Shown: positions 49,701 through 62,558 of the stretch, in pieces
Position numbering within the stretch: position 1 is the stretch's first letter
How the letters are laid out: each line of letters opens with the position of its first letter
Source of the DNA: Cycas panzhihuaensis
Lineage: Eukaryota; Plantae; Cycadophyta
Direction: 5' to 3'
Assembly (NCBI GenBank): GCA_023213395.1
Contig: CM041465.1
Coordinates: forward strand, 191,215,741 to 191,279,740
Length of the DNA: 64,000 nucleotides
The notes under the pieces: generated by a model
What the model was told of the DNA's origin: nothing
Seen by the model: only the letters and a program-made list of their open reading frames with translations
Databases searched by the model: none
Position numbers and translations under genes: made by a program

Positions 49701-49838
49701 CACTGACTTCTTCACCGGTTTTCTCTCTACCGGTTCCCTGGGTCTACGCGTGCCTTCCTGGCTTCTTTCCGTGTCCCAGCGTCGGCTTCGTTCTTCCCTT
49801 GACTCGGCCTTTCTCAACGAGTCAGCCCTAGGTGGCAT
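46749..49838 (-). pseudogene. gag-protease of F (frameshifted)
   Basis: MPPR start; EIKARFFSTLRGTAIAWY, FVQGL and HPL (gag); VVDGGSGVNVLP...ALLGRPWL (protease). Confidence 0.85.
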
Positions 49839-50264
49839 GGGCAGCTTCTGACCTCAGCATCTCATTCTTCCTTGGTTAGGAAAAAACGGCAATGGAACCA
49901 AGATGTGCGCACCTTTTACTAATTGTCTTAACATGCAATAATTCATAAAGAAAAAGACGCACATTGGTGAAAACATCAAGAACTGTTATTCATGACAAAG
50001 GCACTGCGTCTGGTCCTCTCACAACCAGACGCATGCCGGAACAATTACAACTGGCTGTCCCAACGTGGGTCCAGCCCAGGCCAATCGGATGTCAAGAAAA
50101 TACACACACACCCATACATGTCTTGATTCTCAGTTTTATGTGAGACAGATGTACAGCTTTTTACAAGCTGTTGTCTAATTAATTGTCGCATTGCCGTCGC
50201 CCATGGTGCGCGCCCGGCCCGATTACCGCAGTTCGTCCGAGTTGCAGCCGCCACTTCACTGTTG

Positions 50265-50490
50265 CAGTCACAACCGCAGTTACAGTTGCGGCTACGGCAC
50301 CAGCAGTCGCAATAGTCACAGTCGTTACAGCAACGGACGTAGTCGCAGTAGCAGCAACAACCGCAGTTGCAATTGCAGCAGCAACAACCGCAGTAGCAAC
50401 AACCGCAGTCGCAATCGCAGCAGCAACAACCACAGTTGCAATCGCAGCAGCAACAACCACAGTTGCAATCGCAGCAGCAACAACCGCGGC
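50265..50490. repeat. 24-bp GCAGCAACAACCGCAGTCGCAATC-type repeat within the F LTR (also ~43815-43900)
   Basis: Visible tandem units that explain the low-complexity ORFs in several frames. Confidence 0.85.
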
Positions 50491-51894
50491 GATGGCGGTC
50501 ACGGTCATAGTCGCGGCCATCGATCAAGAATCCACCGTAGTTCTGACCATTCCTCCAAAAGTGCCTGTTAACCAGCACACAGAGATCTTACAAAAGTGCA
50601 AAAAGGGACTTACTTGCATAGTTTGCAAAGACCTGAAAACAAGCTCATTTGTGAAGTTCACAAAGTTTTTAAAAGATGATAACTTAAGAAAAATAAAACC
50701 AGGTGCTCAAAACAAATGCGACCACCCAGTTCACAAGTATTCCAAAAGGACACTTTGCAGAACTAAAAATTGAAGTTGCATAATAAGAGATTACAAGGTA
50801 GCAAGGGATCATCCTTAAACACTTGACCTTGTGAATCTCTATTTCACAATTTTGAAAAGTTATTTTGTAAGGTTTGGAAGCAAGCGATAGAATTCAAATT
50901 TCGCCCAATGGGAATGCATCAATCAATGATATGGCAGAGTTTAGGTGATGGCATGAGTTTAAATCCCCATTTGCCATGCTTAATTTTCTATTGCAAGTCA
51001 TGATTTTCCTTGGATAATCTGCTATTAGTGTATTACATGGAGACTATGAGTGTTTTGAGAGTTTGCAAAAGATCAACATTTTTATCCAAATACCCTATGT
51101 TTTTCTTTCTCCATTCTAGTTTAGCTAAAGTCAACAACTACAACCATGTAGGTTATTACAGATACGAAGAACACCACAAAACTGAGATGCGAGAATTTGT
51201 ACAAGAAGAGGCACAAAGTCACTAATGGAGATCAAGTTTGGCCTTAATTGGAACAACACTTGAGGTGCTTCCTTGCCCTGAAATCATTTACCTTTGCACT
51301 TAACGATATATGATGAAAAAAGAAAAATCATATGTAGGGGAAAATGGGGAACCTTTGTCTAATTTAACTCCATCAAACTTCTAAAGGATGTTCATTTTAC
51401 CTTAGTCAAATGCTATTTTCTACCACACTCATTTCAAGATCCTATTATAGTAGACAATGAGTTGGCACAAGTAGTGCATGGTTGGATGGTAGATAAATGA
51501 AAAAAAGTTGCCAAGTGGGCTTGTACTATGATTGAGAAGCTTTATCCTAGAGTCCAAAAATGGGTTCTACTCCTCTCTAAGTATTGGGGAAGCAAGATAC
51601 CGAAAAGATAGATAAGACCATAGACTACATTATTCACTACCTCCAAAAGAGCAAAGAGATTTTCGACTAGGGTGTAGTGGCGAGTTCATTTCCCATCTGC
51701 CAACTGCAAACAATTAAACAAGGATCCTGAGATCTAAACCACCCACACCTATGAGATCTTGATCCCATTCCGCATCCCTTGTCCCTTGCTTACACCAACC
51801 TCATCTCCCTATCTCTAAACTATTTACCTTTTAAAAGGTCAATTCTCCATGGACGCAATATTGAAGGACATTCCTCCCCCCCCCCCCCCCCACC

Positions 51895-52128
51895 CCAAGT
51901 TAGTGGTACAATGGTTCGTGGGTGTTTATGCTCTACGAGGCCAAGGCCATTGGGTTGAGTTCCCACAGTTTGCCCACAGGGCATGAGGAGGGTCACATTG
52001 GGCACCACCCTAGGGGTTATAATAGTGCCAGCGGCTGTGAAGATTCACAACCACCAAGGGCGATTATGAAGCAAAGTTGATACCAATTCCCTTGGTATCA
52101 TATATATGTGTGTGTGTGTGTGTGTGTG
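51895..52128 (+). mobile_element. Possible tRNA-derived SINE
   Basis: A-box-like TGGTACAATGG (51904-51914), B-box-like GGTTGAGTTCC (51953-51963) and a (TA)/(TG)n tail. No TSD found. Confidence 0.35.
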
Positions 52129-54909
52129 GAAGCAGAATTCAAGATTTCAAGCAAGTTGATTTCATAACCCATTGATCCTAAAGCCTACCACATGCAAAAT
52201 CCTATACAAGAGTTAACAAGGAAAGGATATCATCATGGATAAGAAGTTGACACGTGTTGATTATAGAGGACAATATGAAGATGACACAAGCCCCTATGAT
52301 GTCCTGGCTTTAGCAAGTGGTAGATTGAAGAAGTATGTTACTTCTCTCAGGGTTTGTGGACCAACCATTTCAAGAGCTGCAAAAATGCCATAGGCCAACC
52401 AAGAACAAATAGTACAATCATTGAAGATTCTTTAAGAAATTAGCCAACACGATTGAGGTACAAGTATTGAAGAAGAAAGCAATCAGCACGTCAAAGAGCT
52501 CTCATCATTACCAAATGGCAATAGAACTCTTCCAGGATGAAGCATCTTAAGGATGGAAGAATGGTGATGAACCCAAAGTAGAACAGAAAATCAAGCCAGC
52601 TTCAATAGGCAAGTCAGTTTTAATATTGAATTATGAAATTGGTTCCAAATAAATTAGTATTTAAATGGGGCAAAGCCTTGTGAAAGGCCATGGATATTTT
52701 ATTTTTCTTGAGGATGGATCCCATCGGGTGCTTCACTACCATCTGCCATTATCTACTCATTAATGCAGTTCTTTATTTACTGCAATATTACTCACAGTTA
52801 GCATTACCGCTACTTTCATTCTATCATTATCTGCTAGGTTTATTTGTTTATTATATGCTGGTTTTCCTGTTGGGCTTGTTACACCATATCTTCAAATATC
52901 TCATATCTCATCTCATCTAATTGTTCTTGAAAATGTTCTTTGAAATCAGCCAGAACATTCAGAAATCTGTTAAAGTCATCTCTAACATTGTTTATTCTGA
53001 CAACCTAGATCTGCCCAGATGTTTTCCAGAGAATTTGAAATATTCACTGAGGCCATTTCCCATGAAAAATCTGAATCCCAACTCTACAACTGAATTTTTT
53101 TCTGCTGAAATTCTTAGTTCTAGCTACAGAATTGAGGTAATTCGCTGCTGAAATCATATTTCTAGTGGCCGAAATCTGATTACTGTCTGCAAAAAGCTGG
53201 ATTTCAGATGGCTGGAATCTGTTTTCTAATCGCTGATTTCGTTTTCCTGCTTGCTGAATATGGATACTGCCTATGAAATTTGCTCCTAGAATGCTGAATC
53301 CTGCTTCTAGACAGCTGAAATTAGGTCATCGTCTATTGAAATCAACTCCTAGACTGCTGAAATGAGGCGTTTTTGGTTGCAAAAATCTTAGATTAAGCTA
53401 ATGAATTCTACCTTCTGAATTCTAAAAGATGTCTTCTGACAGCAGAAATCAGAATCGAGATCGCAGAAATCTGATTTCTAGTTGCTGAAATCCAATGTTT
53501 GACTGTTAAAACTTTACTTTCAAAAACAGAATGGCCTTGATTTTGAGGCTCTGATAGCACTTTTGTTATTCCCAAGGGGGATTACACGTTATTTACTACC
53601 ACAACATTAAAAATAACAGAAAAATATGGTTGTGTACAGCAAAAAAAAATCTAATAGCAAATTATAAGTAATATTAAGACAACCGACCTATAGAAGTTCA
53701 TGAATTACATCAAGTCTTACAGATAACAGAGAATCCAAGAATTTTCTAATGAAGATGACGGAATGCTGCAATTATCTTCTGCCCTCAAGGGTTCCTCCAA
53801 AAGCTCCCCATTCCTTTATATATGCCAACTTCAGCAAAGGTCAACTTCATTGTCAAAACTATATACATAGCATAAAAGGTGGCCTAAAAAGATAATTATT
53901 AACACCAAGGGAGGTCCAACTCACACAGGAATTTGACCTGGGAATGCAGCAGGCCAAGTTTCTCTGGTAGCAGATCAGTACTTTTTAAAATAACTGCTGC
54001 CAATTTTGTGCAGATGGTTCTGTTGTTACTGTAGTAAATTTGCTCCTGCAACTATTGCTCTCTACAAACCATGGACCCAAGGCAATGATATCCATGCGGC
54101 TACAACGTTTGGCCATGCTGTTGGTTTTGTTTTCTTAAAAATCAGCAAAAACAACATTCCTACCTATGCAGACATGCTAGAAGCATAACTAAAGCATACA
54201 CATGGTAAACAACAATTGCCATGATGAACCTGTTAAGAGATCTCCTATTAGAAATGTATAAAACTAGCATACTTTACTGCTGAAGTCCAATTCAGCTGCA
54301 TCTCTCCATGTGGACAAAGCTCTCCCACAATGAAGGTTGGCTTGCACTCTTGATAAGCTGAAAGTTTATAACCCACTCAATGAATGAAAAAGAAAGAAAC
54401 ACCGTACCATCTTTACATATAAGCATCATTTATGCACAGAAAAAGGTTCCATATTTGTCCACCTGAGAAATGGAGGCTTAAACCTTTTAACTTGTGGAGC
54501 AAGCCATCTCACTTTATGACCTGACTTAGTTTATTACTTATCAACGAAATCACTTTACAACCTAACGTGGTAATTCCAATTCAACTTTTCCAGATTAGCC
54601 AAGCAAATGGAAAATGTAAAGATTGGTCTAAGATGTTAACAGATTCTGGTTCAACAGACTCAGAAGCTAAGCACAGTCAAAGGTCACGTACTAAAGGCTA
54701 TATGTGGCTATTTTTGTAAAACAAATGTATGTTTAGATAAGTGGATTTTCCATATACATGTTTTGTATTGCAGGAAGCTACTAACTATTCACTCAGTTAT
54801 ATATGAGTTTAAACATCTCTGGTTTTGATAATATAGCATATAATAAGTTCTTGCAGTGGTTCATTTAACATTGACAACAGATGGCTCTTCAACGTGTGAC
54901 ATGTCCCCC

Positions 54910-54910
<1 letters not shown>

Positions 54911-54948
<38 letters not shown>
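54911..54948. repeat. (TA)19 microsatellite
   Basis: Read directly from the sequence. Confidence 0.95.
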
Positions 54949-54952
<4 letters not shown>

Positions 54953-55133
54953 TGTCTGTCTGTTTGGTGAGGTGGGGGGAGGGGGGGAGAGGGTGCAGCG
55001 CGGATGTGGGAAAAGCCTGTAGAGGCCCACTTTGTTAACCAAACAAGGACGTATCGTATCTCTGGTAAATATCAGAAGCAGTTTCAACTGAAATGAAAAG
55101 AAAAACAGAGAGAGAGAGTGCTGATGAACGAAC

Positions 55134-55235
55134 CAATGCTGAAATGCAACTTTCAGATGCAGATGGGATACTACACGCAAGCAGCTCTCTATCAAGATCC
55201 CAAACCATGATTGATGAAATCTCCCCAGCCGCATA
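55134..55235 (-). CDS. RAPTOR1: RAPTOR exon: YAAGEISSIMVWDLDRELLACSIPSASESCISAL
   Basis: ATGCAG|TAT acceptor, TTG|GTTCGT donor, 102 nt, phase 0-0. Confidence 0.93.
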
Positions 55236-55381
55236 CTGCATGTGAAAACAATGATCAAGGCTCAAAAATTACAATAATACAAAAACATATATGGGAAAAA
55301 GAAAAACACATTAACAAATAATGTGCAATAAAATCAGAAGTTAAACAATCAAATGCAAAAAACATTAAATGTTAGCTTTAC

Positions 55382-55527
55382 CAGATACCCTCTCAACTGC
55401 TGCCAGTCTACCACCGCATTAACACTACGGGCACCAGGTCTGTGCCCTTGTGTTGTTTGCAATGCTGTTGCAAGCCTCTGTTTACCTTTTTCAGTGTAAT
55501 CTTTCCAGACACGAACACTCCCATCAC
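55382..55527 (-). CDS. RAPTOR1: RAPTOR exon: (S)DGSVRVWKDYTEKGKQRLATALQTTQGHRPGARSVNAVVDWQQLRGYL
   Basis: TTCTAG|GT acceptor, CTG|GTAAAG donor, 146 nt. The NAVVDWQQxxGYL motif is characteristic of plant RAPTOR. Confidence 0.95.
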
Positions 55528-55645
55528 CTAGAAGCTCACAAAAACAACATATGAGCAGCAGAAACAAATTGCATTTGAACTTCTAGATCTAATAACAAAT
55601 TTTAAAATGCAATAATCCACAAAACATACCAGCAACAGATCTTAC

Positions 55646-55770
55646 TTGAAGCAACAAGAAGCAAGCTGTTATTAAGCTCATTTACAAGACAAAGCTTGGA
55701 AATTCCCCTCTCCAGACCGACATGATTGTCAAAGGTGTTCACCACTACCTTTTCTTCATGATTCCATATC
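55646..55770 (-). CDS. RAPTOR1: RAPTOR internal exon (WD40 region): (R)IWNHEEKVVVNTFDNHVGLERGISKLCLVNELNNSLLLVAS(S)
   Basis: Acceptor CTTCTCAG|G and donor A|GTAAG. 125 nt = 1 + 41 codons + 1. The peptide matches the plant RAPTOR WD40 region and its phase joins the next exon. Confidence 0.93.
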
Positions 55771-56362
55771 CTGAGAAGGAACATACAATTAATTTGATGT
55801 TAACACTGAATGGGCAAAGTCCAAGCCGTACAGTCTAATTTGGATAACCTCAATTAGCCTTAACCCATAAAATCGAACCAACCTGTGCATCTACCTCAGT
55901 ATATTTCACCTGTCGGGATCTAAAATAAAACACAAAGGATACAAATTAATTTATGCTCATACAAGCATAGTGAAGGAATTCAGTGATGGAAGCCAGGTTT
56001 GAACAAAATGTATAGCTGAAGGAAACAAAAATATCCACACAAAATAAAGCTACCGCATAACCAAACAAGAAGAAAATCCTCACAGCAATAACAATATATG
56101 CCACTCAAAATGTAAAAGAAACCAAATTCTAAGCGCATGCAAGACTCAAAAAGTCTTGTTCCCATTTTAAGAAGAATAGTATGAATATAATGTGGTTCAA
56201 AAAAACCACAACTATGGTGAAGCCCACAGCACTTAATGATAGAAATTCAGAAATAAATCATATATGAGTGAAACCATGCCCACAATGGAGCAGCAACATA
56301 ATATCAGATTTACAATAAAATAACATTTATAAATACAAATTATCAGATGAGATTCTCAAAAC

Positions 56363-59300
56363 AGTAGCCCTCCTCGAGGCAAGAGGATCCTCCCAAGGCA
56401 CCGTAGCACCATAATGACTTTAGGCCATTGTCCCAATAAGACAAACAATGTTCCAAAGATGATAACAAATGATTAGTGCTCCCTTATTTACAGCCATAGG
56501 GTGAGGCCTATTTATTCCTTTTCCAAAAAACTGACTTCTTGTTCTCTCTTAAAACCATCTTCGCATCTTAAAACCAACTCCACCTGCCTATTTGGAACCA
56601 ACTTCACATTAAGCTGGTAACAACTTCCCCTCCCCTTGAAATACTTTGCCCTCAAAGTATAGACACTGCATGAGGAATCACTTGGAGCTGCCTTCAACTT
56701 GGTCTTTAATCCACCATCTGCTAAGGTATCACGGCCCCTCTGAAGCACAGCACTCGTGACTCTGCCTCAATGAAACTCACTTGGGTTAACCAACAAGGCT
56801 AACACTAGTTCATGCACAGCAAAAACATTTGCCCAATGGATGCAACAAATACAAGTGAACAAGGGTGCTCATACATTTATAAACAGATTTCTTTTGCTGA
56901 CAACACTACATGCAAAAATACAAGAGACCATAGAATTGTATTCCTCAATGAGACAATATACAAGCAATACAATAAGGAAAGAACCAACCAAATTGCTCAG
57001 AGAAGTTCACTGCCCAACCAACCAAAATCAAGAGAAGGAACTTGCCCCCAAGCTAGACTACATGATAAGAACACTAGAGTATTGGTATTTTGCTCTTCAC
57101 ACAATTCCCTAGGCTATTCTTTTCACACAAACTTCTTTGCAATACAAATCTATAAATAGTTGTTGCTGTAATCTTCTATTCATTACTGTGATATTAATAC
57201 TTTCACAGTTTTCTCGTCCTTCAAGACAAAATCATGAATGCCATACCACATATACTTCCTCGCTAAATCAATCTTATTGGACTATTTCACAATGTGACCT
57301 GCATGTCAATAATCCTACATGTGTCGACTTTGCCTACTCGTCTCAATGAGTCGTGTGTTTCATACCACACAACACTCATTAATAATGAATGTGAATCAAT
57401 ACCCTACAACCATTAGTCAAGCACATCAAAATAACCAAGGAGAGACACTCTAAACCCTCAAGCACATAAAATAACCAAGGGGAGGCACACTCATCCCAAG
57501 TTCCTTCAATAAAATCCAGAGCATAGAGGAGATGCACTCAACCCTATCCCAAATGATAACTTGACACAAATAAAAGTAGCCCAATGAGATTAAAGTAGCA
57601 ATTCACATACACGCTCATAACATAGTCTAATCATGTCCCTTCACGGGATGGTAACGGTCACCAAGAGGACACCAAACCAGTCTTGATAATTCTCTCTAGA
57701 GTCATATTTTCAGGCTGTAGAAATCTCATTCGAGTTGGCTAATTGATGCTGAATCTTGAACCATCAGAACCAAGTCTACTCCCTCAACCTCCTTTCTCCA
57801 CATGACAATATGCTCTCTCTATTTTCCATGCTCTCCTCACCTCACTCTCTATCTCCTCTGGTTCTGTCTGTTACTCAAACATTTTTTTTTGTTCCCAAGT
57901 TGGGTTGATTCATTGCTATTAATGCCCTTAAATCCGAATGGAGGAATCTGAGTTATAGTGCAGACAAAAGTGTTGTTAGTTATTACTGTTTGAAGTAACT
58001 ATCAACTGTCCGTTACATCCAGTTACCAAAAATATCATCACATAGGAAGTCTTTTAATGATTCTTAACTGTCCAAATGTTGATGCTTTTACTGCAACTCC
58101 AATAAGGTTGGTCTGACATGGTTTCATCAACCAACAAGAAAATTACAAGTGGAACTATGAAGATGTGTCATCTACTCCTCTATTTTCGCATTTTTACTAC
58201 GTTTCAGGTGAGTATTTGACCTTAGAGGTCCATATGTGAAATTGCAAAAGGCAATCCTTTGTTAATTGTTCACCTTATTGTTCATTTGTGCATTTGTGAG
58301 GCATTCCTTTATTTTCGCAGTTTTGCAATTCGACGACCAAGAGGCCCCGCTCAACTACCACTCATTTCCGAAGTTCAAAGCTCTCTTTTACACACTGAAA
58401 ATTTGAATGTCTACATCAAACCATCACAACTTCTTATTCTAAATTTTGTCTTCAATGCTCCATCACTTGTTGTAAAGCCAAATACTTGCTCTTTAAATTG
58501 GTGGATTCACCCTTAGCAAAATTTGTGTTTACCAACTAGATTTGTGTCTCAAAGAAGTCCAATAAGTCTCTAAACCTAACATCTACCCTTACATTTCTTC
58601 TTCCCCTCTATTCCTCCTCTGTTCATATCATGTGCTCCCTCTTATGTGCTGCTCATCTAAGCAACCTAACTAGCTTTTATATTGTGCAAGCCACAACAAT
58701 ATAAAAATTTCATGATTCAAGGTGTTAGAGGAAAAAGTCCAACACATTGCAACATAACATAACACAAACTAACTATTCTAATGAACCAAAAATTGTGCAA
58801 CCTCACACCTAGTGGAGCATGGAATAAGGTTCCACCTTACATAAGAAGAACAAAGCTAAATGTTGCACCCTCACACCTAGTGGAGCATGAGATAAGCTTC
58901 CTCGTTGCATAGGACGACCAAAACTATGAAATGCAAAGAATTTATTTACAAGGAAAACTATGAGATGAAGAATTTTTTTTTCATACATATACAGTTGAGA
59001 AGCAAGCTATTCAAGAAATATAAAAAGGTCAAGTCTAGGGTCAGGTCATTACATCCCCCTCCCCTCCACAGAAGCATCATCCTTTATGCACTTCAACCGG
59101 CTACAAACAAATGTGGGTATTGTTGTCGTATGCCATCTTCAAGCTCCCATGTAGCTTCTTCTGAAGTTAAGTTCTACCATTGCACTTTTACTTGCTAGAT
59201 GATTCTATTTTGCAACACTTTCTCTCTATTGTCAAAGATTTTTATGGGTTCTTCTTCAAAGTCAAGACTCAACCCAACTATAAGGTTAGTCCAATCGAGT

Positions 59301-62300
59301 ATATGTTTCAAGTCTACTATATACTTCTTTAATAATGAAACATGAGAGACATTATAAACTTGAAGATTTGGAGGTAGAGCAAGCTTCTAAGCGACTTGGC
59401 CTACATGTTCCAAATTTTTGAAAGGATTGCAATGCCTTGGCCAAAGCTTCTTGCACAAACCCAAGCTAGGGTGAGCTATGTTTGGGAACACATGATCACC
59501 CACCTAAAATTCCTTCCTTGTCCACCTTAGATTTACATAGCTCTTTTGTCTGTCTTGAGCTATCTTTAATCACTACCTTATGTTGATCACTTGTCTCTTC
59601 ATTTCTTGCAACATTTCTAGGTCCAACATATGTCCATCCTCCAAGTTTTCCCACCTCAAAGGTGTGTTGCATCTTCCGCCATACAGCACCTCAAAAGGAG
59701 CCATTCCCATGGAAGAATGGATTGTGTTGTTGTAGAAGAATTCAGCTAAGTGTAGGTGGTTCTCGTAACTAGATGGCCATTCCATTGTATACATTCGGAG
59801 CAAGTCTTCAAGGACTTGGTTTACCCTCTATATTTGCCCATCGATTTTAGGGTGGCACATTGCGCTAAATTTCAATTTTATGCCTGACTTCTAGAACATG
59901 GATCGCCAAAAATTTCAAGGTAAACTTGGTGTCTCTATCTGACACAATGGCCTTTGGCACGTCATGCAACTTGACAATTTCCTTCATGAAAATAATAACG
60001 ATCTTTCACACAATATAAGTAGTTCAAACTAGAATGACATGTTGATTTACTTAGTTTGTCCCCTATTACCATAATAGCATCACGCTACCAATTGAACTTG
60101 GCAAACCTATGATGAAGCCCATCATAATCATCTCCCACTTCTATTCTAGAATTTCTAATGGTTGCAACAATCTTACTAGAGGTTTGTGCCAAGCTTTGAC
60201 TCTTTGGCATGTCAAACACCTTGCAACAAAGTTCACAATACCGTTCTTCATGCCTGGCCAATAAAATTGCCTCTTCATGGCTACAAATGTTTTATGGTAT
60301 GCAGAGCAGCCTACATAAGGAGTGGCATGGGCCTCAGGCATGATCAATTCTCTAATATCTAACTTTGGTGACACATAGATCTTTCATTGGAAAGCTAACA
60401 CACTGTACTCCATCACATGGAAACCTACATACTTTCTCAAGAGCTTGACATCCACATTTTTCTGAGCTCGTTGCTTTTGCAAGATGTCCCTTGCTTGCCT
60501 GAAAATTCATCTCTCTCACATGCTTTCAAAACAAAGTCGATCAAGTCAGTTTGATGCATACTTGTTGAAGTAATGTAACGTCATCAACTCAAGGCTTAAG
60601 CCACTTTGTTTTCTTTGCATTCGATGTAGTGTGGTTGAAAATCGAATTTCCACAAGTACTCCATCCAAATGCGGTGTCTTGCATTTGAATGTTGCTAAGT
60701 GAAGGTATGCTTGAGACTATCGCGGTCAGTGTGAAGCTCAAAACTCTTCCCCAACAAGTAATGCCCCCATACCTTGAGCACACACATTAGTGCAATGAAC
60801 TCTAAATCATGAGTAGGATAGTTTTTCTCATAATCTTTTAACTTCCTTGATTCATAGGAGATGACCCTTCCATCTTGCATCAAGACTACATCAAGTCCTT
60901 CAATGCTTGCATCAATACATACCAAGAAATAAGAATTTGGGTTAGGCACAATGAGGATTGGAGCTGTAGCGAGCAACCTCTGTAATGACTAAGATGTCTC
61001 ATCACATAAATTTGTCCACACAAATTTAGCACATTTTTTTGCAATGAGCTTATTGGACCTACAATTCTAGAAAAGAAATTCACGTATCTTTTGTAATAGC
61101 CTGCAAAACCCATAAACTTTCTCACATCCCGCCAAGAAGGGGCATGTTCAACCTAGTTCCTTAAATAAAATCCAGAGCACAAGAGAGACGCACACCGCAC
61201 TATCTCAAATTGTAATTTAGCACCGACAAAAGTAGTCCAACGAGATTAAAGCAACAATTCACACACACATTCATAACATAGTTTAATCATGTCCCTTCAT
61301 GGGATGGTAGTGGCCAACAAGAGAATACCAAACCAACCTAGATAATTGTCTCTGGAGTCATGTTCCAGGATATAGAAATCTCATGCAAGTTGATTAATCA
61401 ATGCCAAACCTTGAACCATCAAAACAAACTCTACCCTCCTCCTCCAAACAACAATATGTTATCCTCGAAGAAAATCAAATATTTGTCAAATTATTTTCCT
61501 GCCAATCTAAAAGGCACACCCAAGCTCTCTCCTTTCTCCAATATCTCCAAGCTCTTCTCGACTCACTCTCTCTCTCCATTGGTTCTATCTCTATTATTCA
61601 AATTGTTTTCCTTTTCTAGGTTGAGTCAATTCATTGCAATAAATGCCCTTAAAGCTTAGTGGAGGAATCTGAGTTATGGTGGCTACAAAAATGCTTTCAA
61701 TTGTTACTATTTGAAGTAACTGTCAATTGTCCACTACATCCAGTTACCAAAAATATCTTCACGTACGAATTCTTTTAATGATACTTAATTGTCTAGATGT
61801 CTAGGTGCTTTAATTGCAACTCCAACCAGGTTGGTCTGATGTGGCTTCATCAAAAAATGAGAAAGTTACAAGTGGAACTGTGAAGATCTGTCACTTGCTC
61901 CTATGTTTTCATGTTTTTGTTACATTTCAAGTAGGTATTTAACCTTAGAGGTCCATCTCCAAAATTGCAAAATGCATTCCTTTGTAAATTGTTCACCCAA
62001 CTATTCATTTGTGCATTTGAAAGGCATTCCTTTGTTTTTGCCGTTTCACAATTCAACAGTCAGGAGGCCCCACCTAGCTCTTCATTTGCGAAGTTGTGAG
62101 TTGTCTTTAATATAGCAAAACTTAACTTGAACATCTACATAAAACCTTTGTAACTTCTCATTCTGAAGTCTATTTGCAATGTTCCACCACTCGTTGGAAA
62201 GCTAAAAACTTGCTCTCTAATTTGGTCGATTCACCTTAAAAAATTTTATGTTAAACAACTACATTCGTGTCCCAAAGAAGTCAAATAAGTCTATAAATTT

Positions 62301-62558
62301 ATCATCTACCCTTATTTATTCTTCCCCTCTATTCCTCTTCCATTCATATCATGTGCTCCCCCATCTATAATGCCCATCTGAGGAATCTAGTGGCTTTTGT
62401 ATTATGCAAGCCACAACAATAAAATTACATGATTGAAGGTGTTAAAGGAAAATGTCCAACACCTTGCAACATAACACAACCCAAACGAACTAACTATTCT
62501 AATGAACCAAAACTACTACGTTCTCATACCTAGTGGAGCATGGAATAAGCTTCCACCA
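56363..62558 (-). mobile_element. Decayed chromovirus-type gypsy G: long 3' LTR (~56363-59053), chromodomain-INT-RH-RT end (59054-61130), partial second LTR copy (~61140-62558)
   Basis: PPT AGGGGAGGGGGA followed by TG at 59053. Motifs EEATWE, PFEVLYG, DASIEGL..VLMQ and YPTHDLE. Direct repeat ~57495-58840 vs ~61150-62555. Left boundary approximate. Confidence 0.8.

Larger units (their letters stand above)
43356..50581 (-). mobile_element. Gypsy element F of the A lineage lacking RT, RNase H and integrase core
   Basis: LTRs 43356-43997 and 49904-50581, TSD GAGAT, PBS TGGTTCCATTGCC (49888-49900), PPT CCGGGAAGA. Confidence 0.93.
32204..55133 (-). other. 22,930-bp RAPTOR intron filled with retroelements
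   Basis: GT at 55133-55132 and AG at 32205-32204. The flanking exons translate contiguously. Confidence 0.85.

Noticed and set aside
50045-50773. Cys-rich, Ala/Thr-rich and Ser/Asn-rich ORFs (also the Gln-rich ORF at 43709-43987)
   Set aside because: They are translations of the 24-bp tandem repeat in the F LTRs, open in several frames on both strands, and are not genes.
54809-55258. 149-aa ORF with a YIYIYI run
   Set aside because: It is an off-frame read-through of a RAPTOR exon into the intron and the (TA)n microsatellite.
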